Assembly (NCBI RefSeq): GCF_009914755.1
Contig: NC_060942.1
DNA: 64,000 nucleotides
Reading direction: 5' to 3' (one strand)
Origin: the human T2T-CHM13v2.0 reference genome, Homo sapiens
A program made the position numbers and the translations under genes. Under the pieces are notes generated by a model, which was not told the origin of the DNA, searched no databases, and saw only the letters and a program-made list of their open reading frames with translations. Shown here in pieces: positions 34,457-49,384 of the stretch (within the stretch, counting starts at the first letter, position 1; every line of letters starts with the position of its first letter).

Positions 34457-37400
34457 GAATTTGGTACTGGAAGCAGGCTGGTCCTAGAGAATCTTAAAGA
34501 TGAATTCTCTGAATTGATTCTGGGTTTTCAGGAATTGGTTGCCTGATCTGATTAGGCTTAAAATTTAATGATTCTGGCTGGCTGCCGTGGCTCATGCCTG
34601 TAATCTTAGCACTTGGGGAAGCTGAGCCAAGCGGATCGACTGAGCTCGGGAGTTCAAGACCAGCCTGGGCAACATGGCAAAACCCCGTCTATGCAAAAAG
34701 TTGAAAAATTAGCTGGAGGTGGTGGGCGCCTATAGTCCTAGCTACTCTGGAGGCTGAGGTGGGAGGATCACCTTAGCCTGGGAGGCCAAGGCTGCAGTGG
34801 GCCATGATCGTGCCACTGCACTCCAGCTTGGGTAACAGAGAGAGAGACCCTGTCTCAAAACAAAACAAAACAACACCCCTTATCTCCTGTAGCAAGAGAG
34901 ACAAAATTTCTGAAAGCCACATCCAAAGTCCAACCCTGTGTGTGGCTGAATTACATCACAAATGGACCCTCTATCCTCTCAGGTCTCTTTTGCTAACATG
35001 AGGACACTGATCAGGAGGGAATGGGACCCAGGGCTGGAATAAGGACATAGGGGCAGGCTCCAGTGTTGCAGGGGACCTTAAACCCTGGCAAGTCCGCCAA
35101 GACTTCTTTGTCCATAGAAGCAGCCCTTCATTCCCTGCCGAAGTACATTCCTATCCCCCTGCCTGGGAAGACGCCACTTACTGTCCTCAGAACCAGCCTG
35201 ACCACCACCCCTTGTTCTAGACCCAGAACCAGACTCAAGTTCCAGCAAGTCCCTGAGGTGAAAAACAAAAGAACTGCCTGATTTTGCCAATTTGTATTGA
35301 CAGAAACCTGGGAAATAAGTGTGGAGATGGATCTTAAGGGTGTGAGATGGAGTTTGAATGAATGTAAAATGATATTAGGTCAAAGTTATCGTTAGGAGAT
35401 CATCAAGCTGCCTCCAGATCCAACGTGTTAGTTTGAGGCTGGGGGCGTCTCAGTTTGCCCGAGACATTTTATGAAACATGGACCCAAGGGGCCCACAGCA
35501 AATGAAATGGAAGTGCTGGGGTGCTCCTGAGGAAGACAGCTCTGCAGGGGCTTTGGGAGATGGCAATATCAGAGTGCATTTATCGTGTGAGACCTGCTCA
35601 CTCACCCCTCCCAGTGTCCCCTACGTGGGCCCAGAAAACATGCTCACCACCAGGGCTCTGAGAAACAGATTTGTGAGGGGAGCCCCAGCATCCCTGGGGA
35701 GCTCTGTGGTGGACAGGAATTACAGCGGAAGCAGATCCATTTGATGGGTACCACTAATTCCACGTGGATGATGTGTTCCAGGGTTGCAGAGATTAAGGGG
35801 TATTATTTAATCACCAAAGACAAACTGGGCGTGGTTACTATAACAGACACAGAAACAAAGCAGTCTGACTCACAGGGACCTGCAGTTGGTCAGGATGTCC
35901 ACAGAACTGAAACAGTGGGGAGGCCCACTGATGTCCTATCTGAGCTGCATAATCAGAAAAGCTTTCCATCTAGTCAACAGAAATCTGACCTGAATTGCCC
36001 ACAACAGAGTTAAGAGTCCTTGGTCACACCCCTGACATGATCCATCCCACACACCCAGAGCTCTTTATGTAAGGAGCCAGGTCTCCTGCTGGAAAGACCT
36101 CACTACACTGCCAAACATTTCTATTGTTGGTCTTCATCTCAGCCTTCCCTAAAGGGGACTGCACCCATTTTCTAGTGTGACTGTGCGCTGGAGAAGGTGA
36201 AAGAATCAGATGTTACAGGACTAGAAGCTGGCTCAGAATTGACACCAGTTCCTGGAGATGCAAAACACCACCGAGGTCCCCCAGTCAGAGTAGGAGCTTG
36301 TGGAGGACAGGTGACCAATGGCATTTTGGCTCATGTTCTTCTCACAGTGGTGTCCCCAGTTTTGGAATGCATAATATCTGGAACAGATATGTTCAGGAAC
36401 TTGGAGAATCCATACATTAGTTCCCTGACCTGTGGTACAAGGGCAATTATGGCAGGAGAGGCCCAGAGGAAGCCACTGCCTGCCTCTACCTAAAAAAAAC
36501 CTTAAACCCGAAAGCAGTATCACACTTCTGGAAGGACTGCAGAAATTAGTGCCACCATCAAAGTAGTCAAAGATGCAAGCGTGGTGATTCCTACCATATC
36601 CCCATCCAAGTCACTTATTTTGGCCTGCACATAGACTGATGTATCTTTGGGGATGACAATGGATTGTCCCTCAGTCAGGTGGTGACTCCACTTGCAGCTA
36701 TTCCAGATGTAGTTTCATTACTGGAGCAATTAACCTATTCCTTGGCATCTATATGGAGCTATTGATTTGACAGATACCTCTTTAATCTATACCTTTAATA
36801 AATATCATCAGAAGCAGTTTGCTTTCACCTGGCAAGGCCAATAATACACCTTCACTGCCCCAAGTCTGGCTATATCAGCTTTCTACCCTGTGCCATAATT
36901 TACTCACCAGGAACGTTGATCACCTTTCCCTTTCACTAGTACATTGTATCAAGGAAAACATGCAGTTGGGACATTTGAGCAGGACATAACTACTTGATAC
37001 GTGGAGTAGCAGCTACTTGTGCCAGAGGTTGAGAAATCAGCCCTCCAAAAATATTAAAGGGTCCAGTTGTCTGGGGCATGTCAAGATATCTCTTCCAAGT
37101 GAAGGACAAGTTTCTGCAACTGGTCCCTCCTACTGCTAAGGAAGAATAACAACACTGAGTGGGCCTCACTGGATCTTGGAGGCAATATGTGACTCATCTA
37201 GGCATGCTACTCCAGCCCACTGACCCAGTGGCCGTTCCAACCGCCAGTTTTGAGTAGGGCTCAGAGTAAGAGATGTCTCTGCAACAGGTCAGCTGTACCA
37301 GCTGCTTTGCATTTGGCCTGTGTGACCCTGCAGAACTGATGGGGCTTAAACTGTCAGTGATGGGTAAGGAAGCAGCATGGAGCCTTTGGCAGGCCTCCAT

Positions 37401-37765
37401 GGGTGAAGACAGTGAAAACCCTCAGATTGTTAGATTATGCTATCCTCAGTGAATACTCTCCTTTCGAGAAACAGTTTTTGGCTTGCTACCGGGCTCTAGT
37501 AGAGATTGAATGACCATGGGCCACCACGTTCTCCTGTGGCCTGAGCTGCCCATCATGAATGGGTGCTGTCTGACTCACGAGCTATCCGCTGATGTGCACA
37601 GCCGCATTCCATCTTCAGTGGAATACACAGGATTGGGCTCGAGCAGGTCAAGAAGGAACAAGTTGCATGAGGAAGTAGCCCAGATGCTTGGGCCCTTTCT
37701 CCTACCACGTGGCCATCTTACTCTCCTCCCATGCCTGTAGCCTTGTGGGGATTCCCTATGACCTT
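34457..37765 (+). mobile_element. Older, degraded ERVL-class internal region (HERV16/ERVL-like): gag, protease, RT and RNase H remnants
   Basis: ORF 36197-36493 GSELTPVPGDAKHHRGPPVRVGACGGQV is homologous to the HERV-L protease; QKQFAFTWQG RT remnant at ~36810; MTMGHHVLLWPELPIMN at 37510. Confidence 0.82.
34580..34873 (+). mobile_element. Alu (J-type) inside the older ERVL
   Basis: Full diverged Alu. Confidence 0.88.
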
Positions 37766-38326
37766 GAATTTCATTCATATTTTAAACTCACTTTGGCTGG
37801 TGGTCACCTAATGTAATAGTAATTACTTTTCAGTCTTGTTTTCTAAAGTAGGGATCTGTTGACGCCTGCCCTGACATTAGTGTGTCCCACAGGATCTGTA
37901 GATCTCTCATCTGGGGCACTCTCAGGTGACTCTACTGCACTCCCGCGAGGAGCTCCAGGAGCGTATCTGTCTCCATCTGCAGCCTCCATCACGCCCCTCA
38001 GGCTAGCAATGAGTTCCTCTAAAACACCTAGCAACATGGTCCTGACTTAATCGTGCTTCCACTTGGATTTGGATTTCACATGGGGACTCCTAGATACTAA
38101 TCCGCTTAACCTACAACAATGGTGAGAATTTTAGGCATAATAGGAGCAATAAGGAAATTAAATTCCAGTCATTTTTTTGGCCATGTCACAAATATCAACA
38201 GCAAGTCCAGCTCTGATTCAAATAATACAGACATTAGACATTAGTTAGGCAAACTCTGACTATAAACTAAGTAGCATTTGGAGACTGGGTGCTAGGGTTT
38301 GCTTCACTAAAACTGGGCTAGAAGAT

Positions 38327-38602
<276 letters not shown>

Positions 38603-39002
38603 TAGAAGCTTCTAAGAAGCACACTGAGGTAGGGTTTCTGCAGGAGAAGGCTGGGCACAGAGTGCTGAGGGCTCCACAGCATGTCACTTAAGGGAGTCAC
38701 CTTGGCTCTAGGTCTGTCCATGACTTTGCCATCCCAGAAATGTCCCTTTGTCTGTGGCTTGGGATTGATGTAACTCGGGGTTACTGACGTGATAACTAAA
38801 CTCACAAAATGCCAAGCCATGTGGTCAACTGGGCCAATTTGCTTGTTGAAAAAAATGACTGTGCATTCTTCTTAACCTGGCCCGTGAATGTTTTATGCCA
38901 GGAGGCAGAAAGCTTATCTGGAAGTTGGTTAGTGAGCATGGAATCAAAGCAAGAGTGGCTGTCATCAGACTCAAATGTTTCATTGCATTGGGTCCTTGTG
39001 CT

Positions 39003-39022
39003 GGATGGATGGATGGATGGAT
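39003..39022. repeat. (GGAT)n microsatellite
   Basis: Five units seen directly. Confidence 0.9.
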
Positions 39023-39531
39023 GTCCAAGATAGGAATATTCTACCATGTAAAATAGAGACTTCCTTCGTGCTTGGCCTCCATGCTCCCTTCATTACTGAA
39101 CTCCTTCTGATGGACACATTATATTTCTTTAGCATGTTACTACAGACAACTAGATTTTACTAGTGTTTCGTTTGGTTTGGGAGCCATTTTGTCTCTTTAA
39201 GCGACATTCAATAGGTCTGACCTCATCCTTATGTGACTATCAATTTTCAGAGAGGAGCAGTGTTTGGTGTTTTCCCCAAGCTCGTGGGAGGGGCCTCCTG
39301 TCACTGCCATAAGTTATTGACATGACCTGTGCTGAACCTGGCCAGCACCACCCCCCGAGACTCTCTCCTCACCTTTCTAGTATTTGCTTTTGCCTGTCAC
39401 AAAAGGATTGGTACACCTGTCACGTACCAAAAATGTATCATTTGAAAGAAACAAAAATAACAATTGTTACATGCATTTTAAGTACATAAAAATATATTAA
39501 CTCCAAATAATATCTTAAAAAATAAAAAGTT

Positions 39532-39879
<348 letters not shown>

Positions 39880-39993
39880 TTAACTAGTCTGAAAATTGAT
39901 AAATAAAGGGAAAAAAATCAAGCATCATCTATCCTGTTTCGACAGTATAAACCATATTTCAGAACACCTTAGTAGTTGATGAAGGAAAGTACG

Positions 39994-40289
<296 letters not shown>

Positions 40290-40299
40290 CAAGACAAAT

Positions 40300-41160
40300 T
40301 GTTTATAGAAAGAAAAATCATGGCTAGTAAATGCATGAGGAAATGGAATTGGAAAGTTCCTATGTTGCTTTCTCCAATGAAATATTTAGGCAATGGTCAC
40401 CAATGGCTATTAAAGTCCATCAGGTGAGAGCGTGAAGTGACGCTTCATGAGGCTAGGTCAGACACCAACTGCATCCACCAATCAATCTTAGTTTTACTAA
40501 AAGTGGAACAACTAGACATGAAGTGCCTCCAGATGTGACACCAAAGTGCACAGCACCAATCATGGAGGGTTCCTGCCACAAACGTCACACTGAAATCTAA
40601 TAGGCACCTGGACATAGTGATCAGTTTACAGGAAATAAATGAAAGAAGGACCGACAAATGTCACCACAAAGATATCGTCACCACATCCAAATTGTGGGAG
40701 ATTTTATAGGACAAATGACCCATGTTTTTCCTCAGGAATAAATAGCATAGGGGCCAAAAGGGAAAGGGCATTGCTACAGAGGATCAGACACTCAGCTGCC
40801 ATTTCCAGAAAATGCACTGGGTGGACTGAACTTGGATCCTGATCCAAGCAAATCAACAGCAAAGACACATTTTTGAGATAACCGGGGAAAACTGAAGACA
40901 GACCCGGCGTTAATAGATGTGAATGCATAAATATGGATCTTGCTGAATGGGATAATGATATTGCCATCAGGCCAAAGTAGTAAAGAGCCCTTATCGGACA
41001 GATGCATAGGACATTACATGACACCTGGGGCTAAGTTTGCAAGAAGAGCAGTGTTGAAAACTGTTGAGGCTGGGGTAACCCACGGGGTTCATAACACGAT
41101 TCTCCATACTGTTCTGTATATTGGAAACATTCTGCAGTAAGTTTAACAAATTAAATTACA
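40300..41160 (+). mobile_element. Old L1 (L1MC/ME-like) 3' fragment
   Basis: Degenerate L1M 3'-end phrases (gaacttggatcctgatccaagcaaatcaac, catttttgagataaccgggga). Confidence 0.55.
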
Positions 41161-41165
41161 TTTGA

Positions 41166-41498
41166 GGCCAGGCGCGGTGGCTAACACCTGTAATCCCAGC
41201 ACTTTGGCAGGCCAAGGTAGGCGGATCACCTGAAATCAGGAGTTCAAGACCAGCCTGGCCAACATGGCAAAACCCCTTCTCTACTAAAAATACAGAAATT
41301 AGCTGGGTATGGTGCTGGGCACCTATAGCCCCAGCTACTTGGGAGGCTGAGGTAGGAGAATCACTTGAACCCGGGAGGCAAAGGTTGCCGTGAGCCGAGA
41401 TCCCACCACTTCACTCCAGCCTAGGAGAGAGAGCAAGACTCCATCTCAAAATAAATAAATAAATAAATAAAAATAAATAAGTGAAAAAAAAAAAAAAG
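41166..41498 (+). mobile_element. Alu (S-type)
   Basis: Full Alu with (TAAA)n and A tail. Confidence 0.9.
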
Positions 41499-41819
41499 GC
41501 TACTTTTGCCAGCACCAAGTGCCTGTGCGATGCCTGGGAGCCAGGCTCAGGGAGCAGCTTGGAAGGCGCCACTGCACTCCAGCCTGGGCAAGAGAGCGAG
41601 ACCCCCCCCCCGTCTTAAAAAATATAAATGTATATATAGTTTCTCAGTATGTAGTTTCAAATTTTATTTCAGGAAACTTTTCTTGATTTACAAATTTCAC
41701 TGTTCTATTCACTTTGGATTTCTTCTTCAGGGACTCCTATTATCTGTATGTCAGTTTCTTCCCCTGTCTTCAATATTATCACTTTCTCTTGAATCTTTTC
41801 AGTCCTCCTTTCCAATAAT

Positions 41820-42320
41820 TGTTACATTTTAGATTCGTTGTAGATTTATAGAACAATTGCCAAGCTAACACAGAGTTCCTATATGCCCCACACCCGGTTT
41901 CTCCTCTTAACATCTTACATTAGAATGGCAAATTTGTCACAATTAATGAACTCATGCTGATCCACTGTTATAACTAAAGCCCACCATTTATTCAGCTTCC
42001 TTTAGTTTTTACCTGATGTCATTTTCTGGTCTGGGAGCCGGCCCAGGATGCCCCGTTGCCGGTGGTGGTTGTAGTTACTCTCCGCAGGCTCCTCCCAAGC
42101 TAAGAGTTCCTCACACTTTCCTTGTTGCTGATGAGCCCATCAGTTTTGAGGAGGCCTGGCCCGCTATCCTCTCAGCTGGCATGTGTCTGCTGTTTTTCTC
42201 GTGATTAGATGGGGTTTTGGGTCTGCTGAGAGCATAGCTTTTCACACCCATGCGAAAGCACACACCACCAGCATGGCTCATTGCGTAGGTGCTAACTTTG
42301 GCTGCCTCGCTGAGGGATGG
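41820..42320 (-). mobile_element. L1MC-like 3' fragment
   Basis: cagagttcctatatgccccacacccggtttctcct...catcttacattagaatggcaaatttgtcacaattaatgaa. Confidence 0.6.
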
Positions 42321-42714
42321 CCTGATGTATTTTTTATTTTAATATAAATAGCACATTCTTCGGCTGCTAATCGTATTACTATTCTTCAGTATTTAAAAGG
42401 CGCTAGATGCTGTGATAAGCACTTTAAGATCCTCTTTCTCTCAACAACACTGCAAACTACGAGTACAATTATTATTCCTATTGTGCAGATAAACAGAACT
42501 CTCACACAAACACACACACACACAATTGTGGTAAAATATACATCAATTTCTATCAACCATTTTTACCCGCACAGCTCATTGGCTTCACCACATTCCCATC
42601 TGCGACCACCACCCTCCTTCTCCAGCGCCTTCTCATCTTCCCCACGTGTTCCACGTCTCACCTCTGGTCCCAGCGACACCAGGGCTTTCGGTCTTTGGGA
42701 GATTGAGGTGGTTT

Positions 42715-44422
42715 TGTGCCCGGGATTAGGTGGGTTCTTGGTCTCACTAACTTCAAGAATGAAGCCGTGGACCCTCACGGTACCTGTTATGTTTCTTAAA
42801 GGCAGCGTGTCCCCAGTTTGTTCCTTCTGATGTCCGGCTGTGTTTGCAGTTTTTTCTTTCTGGCGGGTTCATGGTCTCGCTGGTTCAAAAGTGAAACTAC
42901 AGACCTTCGCGGTGAGTGTTACAGCTCTTAAGTCTGCGCCTCCGGAGTTGTTCATTCCTCCTGGTGGGTTCGTGGTCTCCCTGGCCTCAGGAGTGAGACT
43001 GCAGGCTTCCACCGTGAGTGTTACAGCTCATAAAGGTAGCACAGACCCAAACACTGAGCAGCAGTAAGATTTACTGCAGAGTGAAAGAACAAAACCTCCA
43101 CACTATGAAACGGAATCTGGAAACGGAATCTGAGTGGGTTGCCACTGCGAGCTTGGGCAGCCTGCTTTTATTCACTTATCTGGCCCCACCCACATCCTGC
43201 TGATTGGTCCATTTTACAGAGAGCCGATTGGTCTGTTTTACAGAGAACTGATTGGTCCGTTTTGGCAGGGTGCTGATTGGTGTGTTTACAATCCCTGAGC
43301 TAAACACAAAAGTTCTCCACATCCCCACTGGATTAGCTAGATACAGAGTGCTGATTGGTGCATTTACAAACCTTGAGCTAGATACAGGGTGGCGATTGGT
43401 GTATTCGCAATCCCTTCGCTAGACATAAAGGTTCTCCAGGTCCCCACCAGATCAGCTAGACACAGAGCGCTGATTGGTGCACTTACAAACCTTGATCTAG
43501 ACACAGAGTGCTGATTGGTGCATCCACAAACCTTGAGCTAGATACAGAGCGCCAATTGGTGTATTCGCAATCCCTTAGCTAGACAGATTCTCCAAGTCCC
43601 CACCAGATTAGCTAGACACAGAGCGCTGATTGGTGCATCCATAAACTCTGAACTAGACACAGGGTGCTGATTGGTGAGTTTACAAACCTTGAGCTAGATA
43701 CAGAGTGCCGATTGGTGTATTTACAATCCCTTAGCTAGACATAAATGTTCTCCAAGTCCCCACTAGACTCAGGAGCCCAGCTGGCTTTACCCAGTGGATC
43801 CCGCATCAGGGCCGCTGGTGGAGCTGCCTGCCAGTCCCGCGCACTGCGCCCGCACTCCTCAGCCTTTGGGCGGTCGATGGGATCGGGCGCCGTGGAGCAG
43901 GGGGCGGCGCTCGTCTGGGAGGCTCGGGCTACGCAGGAGCCCATGGCGGCAGGGGGGTGGGGGGAGGCTCAGGCATAGCAGGCTGCAGGTCCTGAGCTCT
44001 GCCCGGCGGGGAGGCAGCTAAGGCCTGGAGAGAAATCGAGCGCAGCGCCGGTGGGCAGGCACTGCTGGGGGACCCGGCGCACCCTCCGCAGCTGCTGGCC
44101 CGGGTGCTAAGCCCCTCACTGCCCGGGGCCGGCGGCCCGGCCGGCCGCTCCGAGTGTGGGGCCCGCCAAGCCCATGCCCACCCGGAACTCTAGCTGGCCC
44201 GCAAGCGCCGCACGCAGCCCAGGTTCCCGCCCATGCCTCTCTCCACACCTCCTCGCAAGCTGAGGGAGCCGGCTCCGGCCTCGGCCGTCCCAGGAAGGGG
44301 CTCCCACAGTGCAGCAGCGGGCTGAAGGGCTCCTCGAGCGCCGCCAGAGTGGGTGCCCAGACAGAGGAGGCGCCGAGAGGGAGCGAGGGCTGCGAGGGCT
44401 GCCAGCAGGCTGTCACCTCTCA
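42715..44422 (-). mobile_element. Solo LTR12 (ERV9 LTR, LTR12C-like), 1708 bp
   Basis: Begins TGAGAGGTGACAGC (44422) and ends ...CCCGGGCACA (42715); 4-bp TSD GTTT at 42711-42714 and 44423-44426; CCAAT tandem array; GC-rich U3. Confidence 0.95.
43140..43760 (-). promoter_or_regulatory. LTR12 enhancer/promoter: 12 CCAAT (NF-Y) boxes in ~41-bp tandem units, a GATA site and a TATA-like AATAAAA
   Basis: ATTGG on + at 43203, 43227, 43251, 43276, 43354, 43395, 43473, 43514, 43555, 43629, 43670, 43711; AGATAA at 43181-43176; AATAAAA at 43172-43166. Confidence 0.8.
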
Positions 44423-45130
44423 GTTTCAGGGCAACAGGCCCACCCCGAATAGTCCTGGAGCCAAAAGGGAACGAGCTTCTTCCTTCAGGTGGGGAATAGT
44501 TCACGGTGCTGCTTCCAACGTATCTTCTTCCTCGCCGTTTCCTGAGACTTCTCCAAAGCGGGGGCCGTGGCGCGGCGTGGTGTAGGCGCTGTGCTGGCGC
44601 CGTCCGGGCCCCCGAGCGGGCTGAGGGCCCTCCCCTGGGGCTGCGCCACCCCGCTCCGAGGCGGGGCCCTTCCTGGAACCGGCTTCCCTGCACCATTCCT
44701 GATCGGAGGCTGCGAACGGCACAAGCCCCTGCGGCGTTTTGAGTGGGGAAGTGAGCCGGGGCCTGTGCCTCCCGGGGAGCCGTGGGCAGGTGCGTGGCCA
44801 CGGACTGGGCTCTCGGAGCTTTCCATAAAACCCCGGAGACCCACTCAACACGGCTGCGGGCCCAGGCACGCTGGTGCTGGCGCCTCTCAGGCAGGACGAC
44901 TCCACAGCCAGCGGGAGAACTTTCCAGATCGCCCTGCGCAGATGCTCCCCTCGCATGAAATCACTGCTCAGCGTTAGCCGCGGGCCAAGCCCCGGCCCAG
45001 CCCCAGGGAATACTTAGGGGACTGCAGGTGCAGGCCGTGGGGGCGGCCGGGCTCGGGCCGGCTCTGCAGACCCCGCTCCACGCAGAGGGCGATGCTGGGG
45101 ACTCGCAGAGCTCGAGACCGCTGAGCTTCC
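43790..45130. promoter_or_regulatory. CpG island, partly LTR12 U3 and partly flanking sequence
   Basis: Visibly very high GC and CpG density; GC boxes; TTCCTGGAA at 44670-44678; GGAAGT at 44747-44752. Confidence 0.85.
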
Positions 45131-45630
45131 CTCACTCATGTATGGCTTAAAGTTATTCATGCTGAACTCCAGCTTAGCACATTGTTGCACAAACACAGAT
45201 ATTCATTACCTGGCATTTTTATTCAAACTTCCTCAAAGCCAGTTAAGAATATCAGAAACACAAGTAAATTAATATTAATTATTCAGGTGCTTTAGTCACT
45301 TCATCCAAAGACGTTCCAGCGGCATGGTTTCTTTGGATTCATATAATTTTCTTCGTATTGCCTGGATTCCACAAGCATCCGTTCATGAGACACTGCACGT
45401 TGAGACGGTAACGCCCCTAGGCTGCAATATAATGCCCACCTTGCGCTTGCTCACCAGCATCCACCTCCAATCCTGGCTAGAAAAGTGCCATTCTTTTCAC
45501 TGTTCGAGAAAGGGCAGGACAGTCATGGAACGCTCAGCGCAGAAATCTGAATCCTTAGATGGACAAACTGTGCTCCCTCCATTTTTCCGGTTTTGCAGTC
45601 TGTGATCATTGCTCGAGTTCCACAGGGTGA

Positions 45631-46087
<457 letters not shown>

Positions 46088-47161
46088 TAGCAGGAGGGCG
46101 CTGTGGGCTCATTTTTACGGTCTGCACTGGGTTGTGTGTGGCTGGCTCAACTCCATCTGAACAGCACAGCAATATGCCCACTGAAATGCTCAATTTTCTG
46201 GACTTCCTTGCCCCTAAGTGCATGTGGCCACATTCCAGCCAGTGAGGTGAGAATGGAAGTGGAATGCCACCTTCAGGGAAGCCTGATTTAGGAAGCTCAC
46301 TCTGCACTCCTGGAATGTGAACATGATGACTGGGATCCCGCAGCCATCGTGCGTCCTGAGGGGACAGTGAGACTAAGAACTGTGTCATGGTGGAATAGAA
46401 AAACAGATCACGGTTCAGCCCGGGAGTTGCGCTGTCCGACCCGAGCTACACGCAGCTCAATTTCTATCTTGTGTAGGCCATTCTTTTCTCCAACCTGTTA
46501 GTAGTAATCAGAACGGTTCCTAAACGATATATGATGTGATCTGCACCATTTCCACGTTTCAGACGAACTAATCTCATTAGCAGGGCAGTCCTCAACGCAT
46601 TCCACTGTCGCCGCCCTCGCAAGGGCCGCCAGTTTCCAGGATGAGCAGGCTGAGCCGGCATCGCTGTCTGGGGACTCCCTATTCTGAGGAGCCAAACGTC
46701 CACACCTGCCTGCATTGCTCCTCACTTGGGAGCGGGGCGTGTGGGGTCCCCTTCCTTCCATGCTGTGCTCCGTGAGTTCCTGCTGTCTTGTCTAATCGTC
46801 TCCTTCAGTCCCGGCCTAAGCAGGTAGGAGCTCGGGGCTGTGTTCCCCGCGCCTCCTCCGCAGGAAGAGTCTCCTCGCCCCTGCTCCTGTCTCCCAAACT
46901 CTAGATGCCACGTGGGCGCTGTAGCCCCACTTCGCCAATGCCTTGGTTCGGGCTCTTCCTGAGACTCTCATTTTCCTAATTTCACTAACTTCACACCTTC
47001 TTGCTAATTCTGATTATTTTTCCTCTGCGATAGGGACTTCGCTCAATGGTGTTCATCAGCATTTTTTCCAATATTGGTAATGGTCTTCCACCGTGTAGCT
47101 CCACACTTACATGTCTTCAGATTTTTCTATCTCCCTATAGAAGAAAGTCCACCTCTGTGGG

Positions 47162-47874
<713 letters not shown>

Positions 47875-48037
47875 TGATCTGTGGTGGGTTGAACCCACAA
47901 ATGTCAAATGGGGAACCCACCAACATGGAGGACCTCCTGTATTTGGAAAGGAGTAAATGTCTCTGCCACTTGCTCCACACAAAGCTAGACTGAAGCAGAT
48001 TTGTTAGCATTAAAATCGTCATCCTGGGGGCATTTGA

Positions 48038-48346
<309 letters not shown>

Positions 48347-48797
48347 TGAATTAAGAATTCTTAGTTTTCTACTTAGAAGCCATCATTTTTCAAGCAGAAT
48401 ATTAGTTTTTATTATCTATCTTAATACCAATGTCTTCATTTGTATTTTTCTTGCTCATTTAGCACTCACAGTTTACAGAGCCCCAGACACAGCTCTTTCC
48501 AACCTTATCTGTAAGGGCAGCAAGGTTGTTTCACACATGCTAATATAACAACTATTAAAACGGATTCTGCTTTTCCCTCTTGCAGTCTACTTTTCTGCCC
48601 CCGACATGGGAGGTTATAGCATTTCTTGTCTCCACTCTCTCCCTTCCACACCTAACAGCAGTTATTCAACTTCTGCTTGGAATGCCACTGTATGCCAACA
48701 GGAGAGGGTGTCTGTCCTTGGGGACTCCCCTGTGCCACTGATGAACTTGTTTGGGGAATGTTAAGTGTCTCTACTGCCTTGATTAGGAGAAGCTGGG

Positions 48798-49384
48798 TGT
48801 GATGGTTGATTTGGAGTGTCAACTTGACGGGAGGAAGGGGTACCCCCATATCTGGTGAAGCACTCATTACTCTCAAGGCTTCAGGAGGCTCTGCACCTGT
48901 CCTCTTTTGCCTAAAGGGAAACCCATGTGGTCTGGCATTTGGTTAGATTGGGCTGCCTCAGGTGTGCCCATGAAGGTCTTTCTGGAGACTGGCATGTGAG
49001 TCGGTGGACTGAGTAGGGAAGACCCACCCTCAACATGGGCAGGCACCCATCCAATCAGCAGGAGCCTGGATGGAGTGAAAGGCGGAGAAAGGCAGAGAAG
49101 GGTGCATTCTCACTCCCTGCTGGGGCTGACGTGCTTTTCTGCCCTTGGACGACACTTGGTTCTCTGGCTTTTGGACTCTGGGACTCTCACCAGTGGACCT
49201 CCAGAGTTGTACTATTAGTTTCAGACTTGGACTGAAACACGCTGCCAGCTTCCCTGTTCTCAGCTTGCCGGAGGTGGGTTACAGAACTTCTCAGCCTCCA
49301 TGATAGAGGTGGCCAATTCCCCATCCCCTGCTCACCTTCCTCTCTATCGTGTTGGCTGTCTCTCTGGAGAACCCTAAGTGAAAC
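48798..49384 (+). mobile_element. MLT2B-like solo LTR
   Basis: tgtgatggttgatttggagtgtcaacttgac ... ctctggagaaccctaagtgaaaca. Confidence 0.82.

Noticed and set aside
43200-43760. CRISPR-like array of ~41-bp repeats
   Set aside because: No unique spacers; it is the intrinsic U3 tandem array of LTR12 in a primate genome
44018-44977. Several overlapping 120-200 aa ORFs on both strands
   Set aside because: Expected from stop-codon scarcity in a CpG island/LTR; Ala/Gly/Pro/Arg-rich with no recognisable domain
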